Assembly (NCBI GenBank): GCA_963743335.1
Contig: CAVUPI010000004.1
Coordinates: forward strand, 191,976-255,975
Direction: 5' to 3'
From: an uncultured Acidobacteriota bacterium
GTDB taxonomy: Bacteria; Acidobacteriota; Terriglobia; Acidiferrales; UBA7541
DNA: 64,000 nt
The translations under genes and the position numbers were made by a program. Below are positions 53,184 through 62,791 of this stretch, in pieces; positions within the stretch are counted from its first letter, which is position 1; each line of letters opens with the position of its first letter. The notes beneath the pieces are model-generated. The model did not search any database and had not been told where the DNA came from. It saw only the letters and a program-made list of their open reading frames with translations.

Positions 53184-53546
53184 TCAATTCCCTGAGGCGG
53201 TGGAAGAGCCAACAGTGATCGCTTCGGTCTTCCCTGCAAATTCAACCTGAGTGATCTGATTGTTGCTGGTCTCGACCTCGGTTGCCGCAGCCTTCTGGGG
53301 CAATTGAATCCAGTGGCACGGCGTCTGCGCGATCACTTTGCCGTCGTCGCTGACGATGTCGAGCGTGTTCTGGTCCGGATGGGCTTGGACCTTATAGGTG
53401 CCGGGCTTTATTTGAGTGTTACCAATTGTAGTGGCTTGGGAAGCTTCCCACTCGGCGCTGTAGGTTTTGGCGTTGCCAGCCCAGAGGGGTAGGGCTAGGA
53501 ACAAAACTGTAAGTCCACTGAGGAACTGCTTTGAACTCCGACGCAT
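53184..53546 (-). CDS. Secreted hypothetical protein (120 aa)
   Basis: AAGGAG RBS. Signal peptide MRRSSKQFLSGLTVLFLALPLWAGNA. Confidence 0.6.
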   Translation of the reverse strand: MRRSSKQFLSGLTVLFLALPLWAGNAKTYSAEWEASQATTIGNTQIKPGTYKVQAHPDQNTLDIVSDDGKVIAQTPCHWIQLPQKAAATEVETSNNQITQVEFAGKTEAITVGSSTASGN

Positions 53547-53847
53547 TAGGCAATCTCCTTTGATCGAACCGGGGAATTGAGTGCCGCGTCTGAGCTGAGA
53601 GCGTGAGGCTGAGTCTCAACACGAGCCGCAGGGCGCTCCCTTGGTTAGACGCACGCTAGATCGACTTGGATGGCGGTTTCTTTAGTTGGTCAGCAGGTGC
53701 AAGCAGGACAAAGACTTAGCGCCTCTGGGCTGCGGTTGCACGCTCGGGGCAAGCCGGGAGGCGAGCGGCGGAGCCCTTCGACGAACTCAGGAGAAGCGAC
53801 CTCCTGCACTCCATCGTTCGCGACTGCGCCGACGTGCGGTACGGGAG

Positions 53848-54726
53848 CTATGCGGCTTCGGAGAGGAACTCGACTTCGAAAGATGCCGGCACGAGGCCGA
53901 TGCCGGCGCCGCGAGCGAGCAGTTCGCGGACAGCGCGGCGTCCCTCTTCGCCGTAATCGAGCGTCCAGCGGTTCACGTACATGCCGACAAACTTGTCGGC
54001 GAGAACCGGATCCATATCGCGCGCGAACTGCAGCGCGTATTCGAGCGCGGATTCGCGGTGCTCGAGGGCGTAGCTGACGCTTTCGCGGATGATGCGCGCT
54101 ACCTGCCGGCCCATGTCGTTGCCGAGGCTGCGGCGAATCGCGTTGGCGCCGAGAGGCAGCGGAAGACCGGTCTGCTCCTGCCACCACTGGCCGAGATCGA
54201 CCACGCGATGCAATCCGATCTGCGAGAACATCAACTGGCCTTCATGAATGAGCAGGCCCGCTTCGACTTCCTTGTTGCGCACGGCGTCGAGAATCTTGTC
54301 GAACGGCATGGTGACGGTCTCGACGTTGGGCTCAAAGAGCTTCAGCGCGAGATAGGAAGTGGTGAGCGTGCCGGGAATGGCGATCTTGCGGCCCTTAAGG
54401 TCGTCTTTCTTGATCGGATGCGAAGAGATCACGATCGGGCCGTAGCCCTCGCCGAAGCTCGCGCCGCAATCGAGCAGCAGATACTTGTCGGCGACAAATG
54501 CGTAGCCGTAGAAGCTGACCGCCGTCACGTCGTAGGTCTCGGTGCGAGCCGCGTGGTTCAGCGTCTCGATGTCGCAGAGGATGTGATTGAACTTCACGCC
54601 CGGCAGGCGGACCTTGCCCGTGGCCAGCGCATAAAACATGAAGGCATCGTCACTGTCGGGCGAATGCGCTAGTTGTAGTGTGGTCGTCATCGGCGTCGCG
54701 GCGGGTGTCGACATTTTCTTGACCAT
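53848..54726 (-). CDS. MqnA/MqnD-family (periplasmic-binding-protein-fold, futalosine-pathway-like) protein
   Basis: LAHSPDSDDAFMFYAL..G.......F.......DIETLN resembles the MqnD/MqnA N-terminus. The start is ambiguous: ATG at 54726, 54714 or 54690. Confidence 0.65.
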   Translation of the reverse strand: MVKKMSTPAATPMTTTLQLAHSPDSDDAFMFYALATGKVRLPGVKFNHILCDIETLNHAARTETYDVTAVSFYGYAFVADKYLLLDCGASFGEGYGPIVISSHPIKKDDLKGRKIAIPGTLTTSYLALKLFEPNVETVTMPFDKILDAVRNKEVEAGLLIHEGQLMFSQIGLHRVVDLGQWWQEQTGLPLPLGANAIRRSLGNDMGRQVARIIRESVSYALEHRESALEYALQFARDMDPVLADKFVGMYVNRWTLDYGEEGRRAVRELLARGAGIGLVPASFEVEFLSEAA

Positions 54727-54918
54727 CCTGGCGTTCAGAAGAAACTCACGGCCAATCGATCCGGAGACACTTTCCATAACAGCTTTGTGGCCTGGAAACT
54801 GGAAACGGCGTCCGGAGTGTGTGCGCTTTCCTGTGTGAGTGCCGTAGTCTCGAACGAAGTGAAGGATACCATACGGCAACGCCACGGTACAGTGCGGCCG
54901 GGTGCGACCAACGAAGGT

Positions 54919-55665
54919 CTATTTGGTGCGTTCGGCGAGGACGTGAGGGAGCAGGAATTCCTGAAGCGCGCGGTGATCCTCGGAGGTGGCGTTGTCGAGC
55001 TGCAAGCCCATGCAGTCCTCGCCGCTCACGCGGACGACGCGCGCGCCAAAGCGCAAAGGCGGCTGTCCTGCGCGGATCCCCAGCTTGACCACCACGTTGG
55101 TACCCACGGGAAGCGCCTGCGAGGCGCGCACGAAGAGGCCGCCGAGGCTGATGTCGAGCGTGGTGCCGGTAATGCGCTTCGATTCGCATTCCAGAGCCAC
55201 GTTGCACTGCAACTTCACGCGATTGAATCGGCGCGCCTCGCGCTGGATCGAGTCCTCGGAGACGCGGATCAGGCGCAGGATGCGATGGCGCTCGATCGGC
55301 TTGAAGAGAAAAAAATTCACGCCGGCTTCGAACGCGCGTCCCAGCAGGGTGCGGTCTTCTTCGCCGGTGATCATGACGATGGGCGTTGAGCGGTTGAGGC
55401 CGGTGGCGCGTATCAGACGAACGAGTTCTATACCCTCGAGCTCGGGCATGCGCTCGTCGAGGAAGATCGCGTCGAATTTCTCGTGGACGAGGCGTGCCGC
55501 GGCCTGGCGGCTGTCCGTCATCGTGACGCAGTCCATTTCGGCTGCGGTAAGGATCTCGTGCATCAACTCGCACGCGGCGGCATCGTCGTCCACTACGAGA
55601 ACGTGATTGGGCCGCCGGGCAACGGCGGGTTCGGATTGGGGCGTTTTTGTTTGGAGTATCGTCAT
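54919..55665 (-). CDS. Response regulator with a PilZ output domain (REC-PilZ)
   Basis: Canonical receiver residues (VVDDD, FLDERMP, MITG, FKP). The PilZ c-di-GMP motifs RRFNR (RxxxR) and DISLGG (DxSxxG) are present. Trimmed to the ATG at 55665. Confidence 0.8.
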   Translation of the reverse strand: MTILQTKTPQSEPAVARRPNHVLVVDDDAAACELMHEILTAAEMDCVTMTDSRQAAARLVHEKFDAIFLDERMPELEGIELVRLIRATGLNRSTPIVMITGEEDRTLLGRAFEAGVNFFLFKPIERHRILRLIRVSEDSIQREARRFNRVKLQCNVALECESKRITGTTLDISLGGLFVRASQALPVGTNVVVKLGIRAGQPPLRFGARVVRVSGEDCMGLQLDNATSEDHRALQEFLLPHVLAERTK

Positions 55666-55669
55666 AAGA

Positions 55670-56062
55670 TTATGCGGCCGGCGGCGAATAGGCCGGCTGG
55701 CCGATCCAGCGGTCGAGCTGTTCGCGCAGCGCACGGAAGTCGATCGGTTTCGAAACGCAGCCATTGCAACCGGCGTTGAGCACGCGCTGGTGGTCGGTGA
55801 TCATGGCGTGCGCTGTGACAGCAATGATGGGAACGTTGCGCAGGCCCGCGTGATTGCGCATCCAGGTGGCAACCGCAAGCCCGTCGTCCGCGCCGAGCTG
55901 CACGTCGAGCAGCACCGCGTCGATTTCGCTATTTTGAAGCGCCGCGAACGATTGCTCCAGATTCTCCGCCGAAAGCACTTCGAATCCCTCCACTTCGAGC
56001 CAATCGGAGAGAAGTTCGCGATTGGGCTGGTTGTCCTCGACGATCAGAACGCGCGACTTCAC
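55670..56062 (-). CDS. Single-domain response regulator (CheY-like)
   Basis: The GTG start at 56062 overlaps the kinase stop (GTGA). Receiver residues: VLIVEDN...LLDVQL...AVTAH...SKP. Confidence 0.8.
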   Translation of the reverse strand: MKSRVLIVEDNQPNRELLSDWLEVEGFEVLSAENLEQSFAALQNSEIDAVLLDVQLGADDGLAVATWMRNHAGLRNVPIIAVTAHAMITDHQRVLNAGCNGCVSKPIDFRALREQLDRWIGQPAYSPPAA

Positions 56063-58398
56063 GATCGCACCTGCATCCCGGACAGCACGACGCGCTCCAA
56101 GCGTTTGAGAAGCGCGTCCTGCCAGGGCTCCTGCTTCTGAAAGAGCGCTTCGGAGTTCGCGCGAAGATAGTCTCGCTCCTGAGGAGTAAGGTCCTTGCTG
56201 GTCAATACGAAAACGGGGAGATTCGCGGTTCGGGGATCGCGGCGCCAATCCGCCAGCAATTGAAACCCGCTCACATCCGGCAGAATCAAGTCGAGGATGA
56301 CGAGCTCCGGCAGCGCGGCATCTATCTGCCTGAGAGCCTGCCCGCCGTCGGCGGCGGTGCGCACCGCAAAGCCGTTCTTCGAGAGAAGCTCGGCGATGAA
56401 CTCGCGCGTGGGATCGTCGTCCTCGATCACCAGAATCGAGCGATTGGCGATGGGACCGAGACGATTCAGACAGCGTCCGATGGCGCCGAGCAGGGTCGCT
56501 TTGTCGACGGGCTTCACGATGTACTCGTCGGCGCCGAGCAGCGCGCCGGTAGAAGGCTGGTCGACGATCGTCACGACAATGACCGGGATGGGAGCGGTGC
56601 GCGGATCGGACTTCAAATTCGAGAGAAGCTCCCAGCCGTTGATCGGCTTCATCACGATATCGATGGTGATCGCGGACGGTTGAAGCTCCGCGGCCACCTC
56701 GAGCGCACGTTCGGGTTCGCGGCAGACGGTGACGGAGTAGCCGGCGGAAGCGAGCTGCGTCTCGAGCAACTGCGCGGCGCTCGAATCATCCTCGACGACC
56801 AGGATGCGGGCCCCAGCGATCGAGCGAGCCAATCCAGATGCGGGCGCTTCCGGGCTCACAAATGTGGGAACGACGGGGAGCGTGAAGTGGAAACAGCTCC
56901 CGACGCCAACTTCGCTCTCGACGCCCAATTCCCCGCCGTGCAGCTGGACCAGGCGCTGCGTGATCGCCAAGCCCAGGCCCGTGCCTTCGACGGCTTTTTC
57001 GCTCTTGCGCAGCCGATAGAACGCGTCGAAGATGCGCTGCTGTTCTTCGGGAGGAATGCCGGGCCCTGAGTCGCGCACTTCGACGCGAACAAAGTCGCCA
57101 GTCCGCTTTGCCGTCAACTCGATCTTTCCACCCTCGGGCGTGAACTTGATGGCGTTTCCGATCAGGTTCATAAGTATCTGTTTCAAGCGCGTGGCATCGG
57201 CGCGAACGCTGAGGCCGGGCAAGGCGCGTTGCACCAGAATGTGGGACTTCTTGTCGGCCAGAGGACGCATCGTGTCCGCCACTTCCGCGAAAGACGTGGT
57301 GAGTGCAACGCTGTCGATCGCCAATTGAAGGCGGCCCGCCTCGATCTTGGACAGGTCCAAAATGTCGTTGATCAACGTGAGGAGATGCTTCCCGCCGGTG
57401 TGAATGTGTTTGACGTAGCGTTGCTGGCGTTCATTCAAGGGGCCGTAACGCTCTTCGGTCAAAAGGTCCGAGAATCCAAGGACTGCGTTCAGAGGCGTTC
57501 GCAGCTCGTGGCTCATCGTGGAGAGAAATTGATCCTTGAACTTCGCGGCGCGTTCGAGTTCTTCCTTGGCGCGAAGAAGATTTTGTGAATATGCCTCCAG
57601 CACGTCTTTCGCGGCTTGAAGCTCGGCCGTGCGTTCCTGTACGCGCAGCTCCAGTTGGTCGTGCGCTTTGCGTAATTCCTGCTCGTTGCGGTCGATCTGC
57701 GCCAGCATGTCGTTGAACGCGTCGATCAGGATCGACAATTCGCCGTGGTGCGGGATGGGGGTGGCGCGGATGGAATAATTCTTGTCGTGCGAAACGACGC
57801 CGGCAACCTGAGCCAAGTGAACGATTGGCTCGGCGACGGACCTGCGGAAGATGGACGAGACGAGAAGCGCCGCCAAGAGCGACACAAGCAGAACGACGCC
57901 GGCGATTCCCGCGTACCGGAGCAGGCGATGATTCAGCTCTTCCATGTCCGACCGGATGTAGACCGTCCCCGTCGGCTTGCCTTGAAACACGATCGAGCGG
58001 ACGAGCACGATCTCGTTGTTCTTCAGCAAGTGCATTTCGAGCTGACCTGGCGCTAGCGACGGCGGCGCCGGGACCGGATTGTTGCGGTCCCGCGAATAGG
58101 TGGCCAGGGGCCGGCCGTTTGGCCTGTAGATCACGGCGGACAAAATATCGGGTGCGGCTCGCAACGCCGACAGCGTGGTTTCCGCGGCTTGCGGGTCGTC
58201 GAACAGCAGGGCCGACGCGCTATTGGAGCCGATGATCTGGGCCTGCGTGGAAAGGTTTCGCACGATGGTCGCGCGGAACGTCACCGTGTCGTAGCCGATG
58301 AACGCCGCACACGCCAGCAACAGGGCCGCGCCGCTGACGAGCAGGTTCATCCACGTGAGCTTCTTCGCGATCGAGGCGTTTTGTGTCCGGCGCGGCAT
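56059..58398 (-). CDS. Membrane hybrid sensor histidine kinase (2 TM with a periplasmic sensor, HAMP, HisKA, HATPase_c, 2 x REC)
   Basis: TM1 LTWMNLLVSGAALLLACAAFIGY. A periplasmic segment of ~125 aa follows. TM2 AGIAGVVLLVSLLAALLVSSIF. HAMP region, then H-box [15 protein letters not shown] and G-box [12 protein letters not shown]. Two receivers: ILVVEDD.., ILVIEDDD... Confidence 0.9.
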   Translation of the reverse strand: MPRRTQNASIAKKLTWMNLLVSGAALLLACAAFIGYDTVTFRATIVRNLSTQAQIIGSNSASALLFDDPQAAETTLSALRAAPDILSAVIYRPNGRPLATYSRDRNNPVPAPPSLAPGQLEMHLLKNNEIVLVRSIVFQGKPTGTVYIRSDMEELNHRLLRYAGIAGVVLLVSLLAALLVSSIFRRSVAEPIVHLAQVAGVVSHDKNYSIRATPIPHHGELSILIDAFNDMLAQIDRNEQELRKAHDQLELRVQERTAELQAAKDVLEAYSQNLLRAKEELERAAKFKDQFLSTMSHELRTPLNAVLGFSDLLTEERYGPLNERQQRYVKHIHTGGKHLLTLINDILDLSKIEAGRLQLAIDSVALTTSFAEVADTMRPLADKKSHILVQRALPGLSVRADATRLKQILMNLIGNAIKFTPEGGKIELTAKRTGDFVRVEVRDSGPGIPPEEQQRIFDAFYRLRKSEKAVEGTGLGLAITQRLVQLHGGELGVESEVGVGSCFHFTLPVVPTFVSPEAPASGLARSIAGARILVVEDDSSAAQLLETQLASAGYSVTVCREPERALEVAAELQPSAITIDIVMKPINGWELLSNLKSDPRTAPIPVIVVTIVDQPSTGALLGADEYIVKPVDKATLLGAIGRCLNRLGPIANRSILVIEDDDPTREFIAELLSKNGFAVRTAADGGQALRQIDAALPELVILDLILPDVSGFQLLADWRRDPRTANLPVFVLTSKDLTPQERDYLRANSEALFQKQEPWQDALLKRLERVVLSGMQVRS

Positions 58399-59019
58399 CT
58401 AAAAATCCCCCGGACGATCTTTTCTCACGTTCGTGGCGACTTTGAGCAATTCGGAGCTCAGCGTGAGGCGGGCGTCCTGCGCGCTCGCGAGATTGACGTC
58501 GAAGCGGACGCGGTCTCCATCCAGGATGAAGCCGATCATGCCCCCGTGCTCTGAAAAGCCGGGAATGTCGCTCACGGTCAAGACGCTCGTCTTATCAAGG
58601 GCCGTGAGGACTTCCTTCAGATGGCCTTGTTCGGAAGAACTGATGAAGACGATGCGGCAGCTGTCGATTTCCTGCGGCTTCGAGATTCTCTTTGCCATCA
58701 CGCTCTTGCCGGCAATAGTCTCTCTGGCGAGAGTCGCGTCCAGGGTCGGCCCGAATGGATCGGCGCCGAGCACGCAGATTTCGAAAGCCTCACTTTTGTC
58801 CGGAGCATTCTGATCGGGCCACTCGACGAACCGGCCGAAGTTGTAGAGGTAGGCGGCCTTTACCTGGAATTCGTTGGCCTTGGGCTGCTGGGCCTGCGCG
58901 CGCCAATTGACGCCCGCGAGCAGAACGCAGGAGAGAATCGCCAGGAGCAACGAGACGTATCGCAGCGCTCGTGGAAGCGTCTTTCCGGCTCGAACGGACG
59001 TGGTGGGCGGGGTTGGCAT
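58399..59019 (-). CDS. YfiR-family (DUF4154) periplasmic protein
   Basis: Trimmed to the ATG at 59019 (TGATG overlap with the receptor stop). Signal/TM segment YVSLLLAILSCVLLAGV. The pattern VKAAYLYNFGRFVEWP....FEICVLG...CRIVFISSSE...VLTVSD...GGMIGF......FDVNL matches YfiR/DUF4154. Confidence 0.8.
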   Translation of the reverse strand: MPTPPTTSVRAGKTLPRALRYVSLLLAILSCVLLAGVNWRAQAQQPKANEFQVKAAYLYNFGRFVEWPDQNAPDKSEAFEICVLGADPFGPTLDATLARETIAGKSVMAKRISKPQEIDSCRIVFISSSEQGHLKEVLTALDKTSVLTVSDIPGFSEHGGMIGFILDGDRVRFDVNLASAQDARLTLSSELLKVATNVRKDRPGDF

Positions 59020-61166
59020 CACCTTCTCCACGTGATCTTTCCGAAGACGGTTCGCTTGATCCCCACGAGCGGGCCCGGATCGCCTCCGAATTCCACGTGA
59101 GACGGCTGCAAGAGATTTTGTCCGACGAGCGACAGCTCGAGACCCTCTCCCACGTGCCACCCCAACCGAAGGTCCGCCGTGCCGTACGAGCTCACGCCTT
59201 GCGCGGGAAGCGCGGCCGAATATCGAAACGTCTGGTCGAGTTCGAAATGTTTCGGCAGATTGAAAAACGACTGGAAAGCCACCATGCTGCTGGGGCTGGA
59301 ACCCAGGTAGGAACCGAGCAGACTCCCGGTGTCCGTGAAGCCGGTCTTGTCCCTCAACGACATGTGGAGATACGAATAGGAACCGCGCACCTGCCACCAA
59401 GGAGTGATTTTCCAGTCGGGAGCGATTTCAGCGCCCACCGTGTGGCCTTGGATGTCGTTGGCATAGGGCAGCGAGAAATAGAGATATACCGGGGACGCGG
59501 GCGGCTCCGGGGTCGGGCCGGGGATGGGGGCTTCGCCGAGGCCGATCGGGCCGTAACCCTGCAAGTTGTCGTAGCTATTGTAGAAAGCGGTGAAATCCAC
59601 GTACACGTTTCGATTGATCTGCGTGCGATAGCCCGCCTCGTAGGCGATGAGTTGCTCCGCCTTCAGCTTCGGATCGCCTTCAATCTGGAAATAGAGCGGT
59701 ATCCCCTCGTAGTATTCTTCGAAGATATCGAACTGGACGTCCTGATCGAGACGCGAAGGAGTGCGCACGGCGCGAGTCACGGCTGTCCAGAAGGACTGGC
59801 GGTCGGTCGGAGTCCACATCAGCCGGACGCTCGGCTGATAATCGAAGCCGCTGAAATTGTTGTGCTCGAGCTTCGTGCCGGCCGTGAGGGTCAGTTTGTC
59901 GCGCACGATCGGAAGCTCGTATTGGATGAAGCCGCTGTAGATGCTATCGACCTGTTTGGCGGGCAGGAAATTCACGCCTTGCGAGGTTTGGATAAAGTTG
60001 CTCGGGCTGATTCTGACGCCGAGGCCCCACGTTATTTCCTGGTCGTCGCTTACGCGCTGGTGCTGAATGTAGTCGACGTCGAAGGTGTCTCGCGTTTCGC
60101 CGAGTTCGAAGTCCTGCCGGTTGGTGCGGTCGAAATAGGTTTGGATCTGAATGTCGGAGCCCTCGCCCGTCGTGTGCTGCCAGCGCGCCAGCAGGTTCCC
60201 ACCGGAAAGGTAGCCGAAGCCCTGCTCCGCCGTCTCCGCCGGAGGATTGAACGAGCCGATCAGGATGCTTTCTCCGCTCTCCCCGCGATACAGATCGCCC
60301 TGTACCGTGAACGTGTCCTTCTGGCCGCTCTTCCAATCGGTGCGGAAACCCATCTGGCCCATTCGCCAATGATCGAATCCGTCGCCGTCGGGATGCTCTT
60401 CCTGGCCGCGAATGCCGCCCATGCCGTAGATGCGATAGTCGAAACTCTTCCCCGCGGTGCCACCATAGCGGAAGGCGCCCGTTCCCTGATCTACCGTTCC
60501 GCTGCCTGCGGTCGCGAGAACGCCGTGCGTGTCGTTCGCGCTCTTGGTGATGATGTTGATCACGCCATTGACGGCGTTGGAGCCCCAAATCGTGCCGCCG
60601 GGTCCGCGGATCACCTCGATGCGATCCACATCTTCGAGCATCACGTAGGGGATGTCCCAATAAACTCCCTCGAAGAGCGGTGTATAGACGCTTCGGCCGT
60701 CCACCAAAACGAGCAGGTCCTTTGAAAATTGGCCCGCAAACCCGCGGATCGAGACCGACCAATTATTCCCGTCGATCTGCGACACCTGCACGCCCGGCGC
60801 GAGACGCAGCGCCTCCGGAATGCTCGTGGCGCCGGAGCGCCGGATGTCTTCCTGCGTGATTACAAAAACCGCAGCCGGCGTCTTCATCACCTCTTGCGGA
60901 CCTTTAGAGACGGTGGTGACTTCGACGTTGCCGAGTTGCTCCAGACTCAGCTGAGCCAAGCTTTGCGGCCCGCTTGAGTCGCTTGGCAAGGCCTGGGCCC
61001 AACTTTTTTGGACCAGCCCTGCGAATGGGAGGAGAAAGAAAAAGAATAGGGCGTTTGCTGTTATGAGGCGCCGGACAACTGGGCTTCGGTACGGGCGAAG
61101 CGCAGTGCACACGTTGCCCGGCACTGCAGAAAGACGCACGCCCCCGCCGCTTGCTGACTCAGACAT
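59019..61166 (-). CDS. TonB-dependent outer-membrane receptor
   Basis: Plug domain LEQLGNVEVTTVSKGPQEVMKTPAAVFVITQEDIRRSGATSIPEALRLAPGVQV. The body is a beta-barrel ending in a C-terminal aromatic-rich strand (FGKITWRR). The start is uncertain; I use the ATG at 61166. Confidence 0.85.
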   Translation of the reverse strand: MSESASGGGVRLSAVPGNVCTALRPYRSPVVRRLITANALFFFFLLPFAGLVQKSWAQALPSDSSGPQSLAQLSLEQLGNVEVTTVSKGPQEVMKTPAAVFVITQEDIRRSGATSIPEALRLAPGVQVSQIDGNNWSVSIRGFAGQFSKDLLVLVDGRSVYTPLFEGVYWDIPYVMLEDVDRIEVIRGPGGTIWGSNAVNGVINIITKSANDTHGVLATAGSGTVDQGTGAFRYGGTAGKSFDYRIYGMGGIRGQEEHPDGDGFDHWRMGQMGFRTDWKSGQKDTFTVQGDLYRGESGESILIGSFNPPAETAEQGFGYLSGGNLLARWQHTTGEGSDIQIQTYFDRTNRQDFELGETRDTFDVDYIQHQRVSDDQEITWGLGVRISPSNFIQTSQGVNFLPAKQVDSIYSGFIQYELPIVRDKLTLTAGTKLEHNNFSGFDYQPSVRLMWTPTDRQSFWTAVTRAVRTPSRLDQDVQFDIFEEYYEGIPLYFQIEGDPKLKAEQLIAYEAGYRTQINRNVYVDFTAFYNSYDNLQGYGPIGLGEAPIPGPTPEPPASPVYLYFSLPYANDIQGHTVGAEIAPDWKITPWWQVRGSYSYLHMSLRDKTGFTDTGSLLGSYLGSSPSSMVAFQSFFNLPKHFELDQTFRYSAALPAQGVSSYGTADLRLGWHVGEGLELSLVGQNLLQPSHVEFGGDPGPLVGIKRTVFGKITWRR

Positions 61167-61477
61167 CGGACCTTTCGACGGGGCACCGAGGCAATTTCGA
61201 CGCAGGACGATTTCTCGCCGAGCGCCCCCAAGTAGACTCTGCACAGCCCAAACCTCCTACATCTTAAGGGGAGGTACTAGTCCCTATACTGCTGTTTATC
61301 AGAGGTACGAGTACGATGAGTTAATGTCTTGGTACTAAGGTAAACGCGGTAGGTGCTGGTGACCCGCGGGTGTGCCGCTTTCCTAGCGTTGCGGAACGCA
61401 AGTCCAGTAGAATGCGTTGCAGACGGCCGACCTGCCGGGAAAGTTTTCCCGCGTGATCTCGGAGAAGGAGAGTTCCC

Positions 61478-62650
61478 GTGCCATCGTTTCCCGGCGTGGA
61501 TTTCCTGGAGTTCGATTCCCTGTTGAACGACGAAGAGCGGCTCGCGCGGCAGACGGCGCGGAAGTTTGTCGACGAGCAGGTGCTGCCGATCATCGTGGAG
61601 CACGACCGCGCGGGGACGTTTCCGATGCAGCTCGTGCCGCAGATGGCGGAGCTGGGATTTTTCGGCGCGAGCCTGAAGGGATATGGCTGCGCGGAAATGT
61701 CGAATGTGGAATACGGGCTGGTGACGCAGGAACTCGAGCGCGGAGATTCGGGATTGCGGAGCTTCGTGTCGGTCCAATCGGCGCTGGTGATGTATCCAAT
61801 ACATGCGTTCGGATCGGACGCGCAGAAAGAGAAATGGCTGCCGCTGCTGCAGCAAGGAAAAGCGATCGGCTGCTTCGGGCTGACGGAGCCGGGGTTCGGA
61901 TCGAATCCGGGCGGGATGCTGACGCGGGCTGTGAAGAAGGACGGCGGGTACGTCCTCGACGGCGAGAAGATGTGGATCACGAACGGGTCGATCGCGGACG
62001 TCGCCGTGATCTGGGCGAAATGCGAAGACGGCAAGGTGCGCGGGTTTCTGGTCGAGAAAGGCGCGCCGGGATTCAAGGCGTGGGCGATTCATGGCAAGCA
62101 ATCGCTGCGGGCATCGGTAACGTCGGGGCTGGCGATGACCGGGTGCAAAATTCCGGCGGAGAATCTGCTGCCGGGCGTCGAGGGGCTCAAGGGACCGCTA
62201 TCGTGCCTCGACCAGGCGCGCTACGGGATTGGCTGGGGCGCGATCGGCGCGGCGATGGCCTGCTACGACACGGCGCTGAATTACGCGAAGCAGCGGAAGC
62301 AGTTTGCGGACAAGCCGATCGCGTCGCACCAGATGGTGCAGGAGAAGCTGGTCTGGATGATCACGGAGATCACCAAGGCGCAATTTCTGGCGATGCAGGT
62401 GGGGCAGCTGAAAGATAAGGGGCGCGTGCATCCGTCGCACATTTCGATGCTGAAGATGAACAACGTGTGGATGGCGCGGGAAACGGCGCGGCTGGCGCGC
62501 GAAATTCTCGGCGCGAACGGGATCGTGGATGATTACGGCGTGATGCGGCACATGAATAACCTCGAATCTGTCTATACGTACGAGGGCACGCACGACATCC
62601 ACAAACTGGTGATCGGCGAGCGGATTACGGGGATTGCGGCGTTCGTATGA
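61478..62650 (+). CDS. gcdH: Glutaryl-CoA dehydrogenase
   Basis: Collinear by eye with human GCDH (GYGCA..S.V.YGL...ELER.DSG.RS..SVQS.LVM.PI..GS..Q..K.LP.L..G...GCFGLTEP; YEGTHDIH.L..G..ITG). GTG start 5 nt after GGAGAAGGAGAG. Confidence 0.9.
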   Translation: MPSFPGVDFLEFDSLLNDEERLARQTARKFVDEQVLPIIVEHDRAGTFPMQLVPQMAELGFFGASLKGYGCAEMSNVEYGLVTQELERGDSGLRSFVSVQSALVMYPIHAFGSDAQKEKWLPLLQQGKAIGCFGLTEPGFGSNPGGMLTRAVKKDGGYVLDGEKMWITNGSIADVAVIWAKCEDGKVRGFLVEKGAPGFKAWAIHGKQSLRASVTSGLAMTGCKIPAENLLPGVEGLKGPLSCLDQARYGIGWGAIGAAMACYDTALNYAKQRKQFADKPIASHQMVQEKLVWMITEITKAQFLAMQVGQLKDKGRVHPSHISMLKMNNVWMARETARLAREILGANGIVDDYGVMRHMNNLESVYTYEGTHDIHKLVIGERITGIAAFV

Positions 62651-62791
62651 GCGGTATGCGGCTTAGGGAACGTTCCCCTTTCGCCGCGATGGATGGCGGA
62701 TCGCGGTTGAATTACAATCGTGGGATCATTTGTTCGGTCCTTTTTCGGATGTAGGTCTCGGCTCTAAATCACCTGAAATGCGGGAGCGTTC

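Noticed and set aside
53848-54726. The MqnA/MqnD-like gene as a sixth member of the TonB-receptor/YfiR signalling operon.
   Set aside because: It is separated from the REC-PilZ stop by about 190 nt, and I know of no functional link. It is kept as an ordinary, tentatively menaquinone-related gene.
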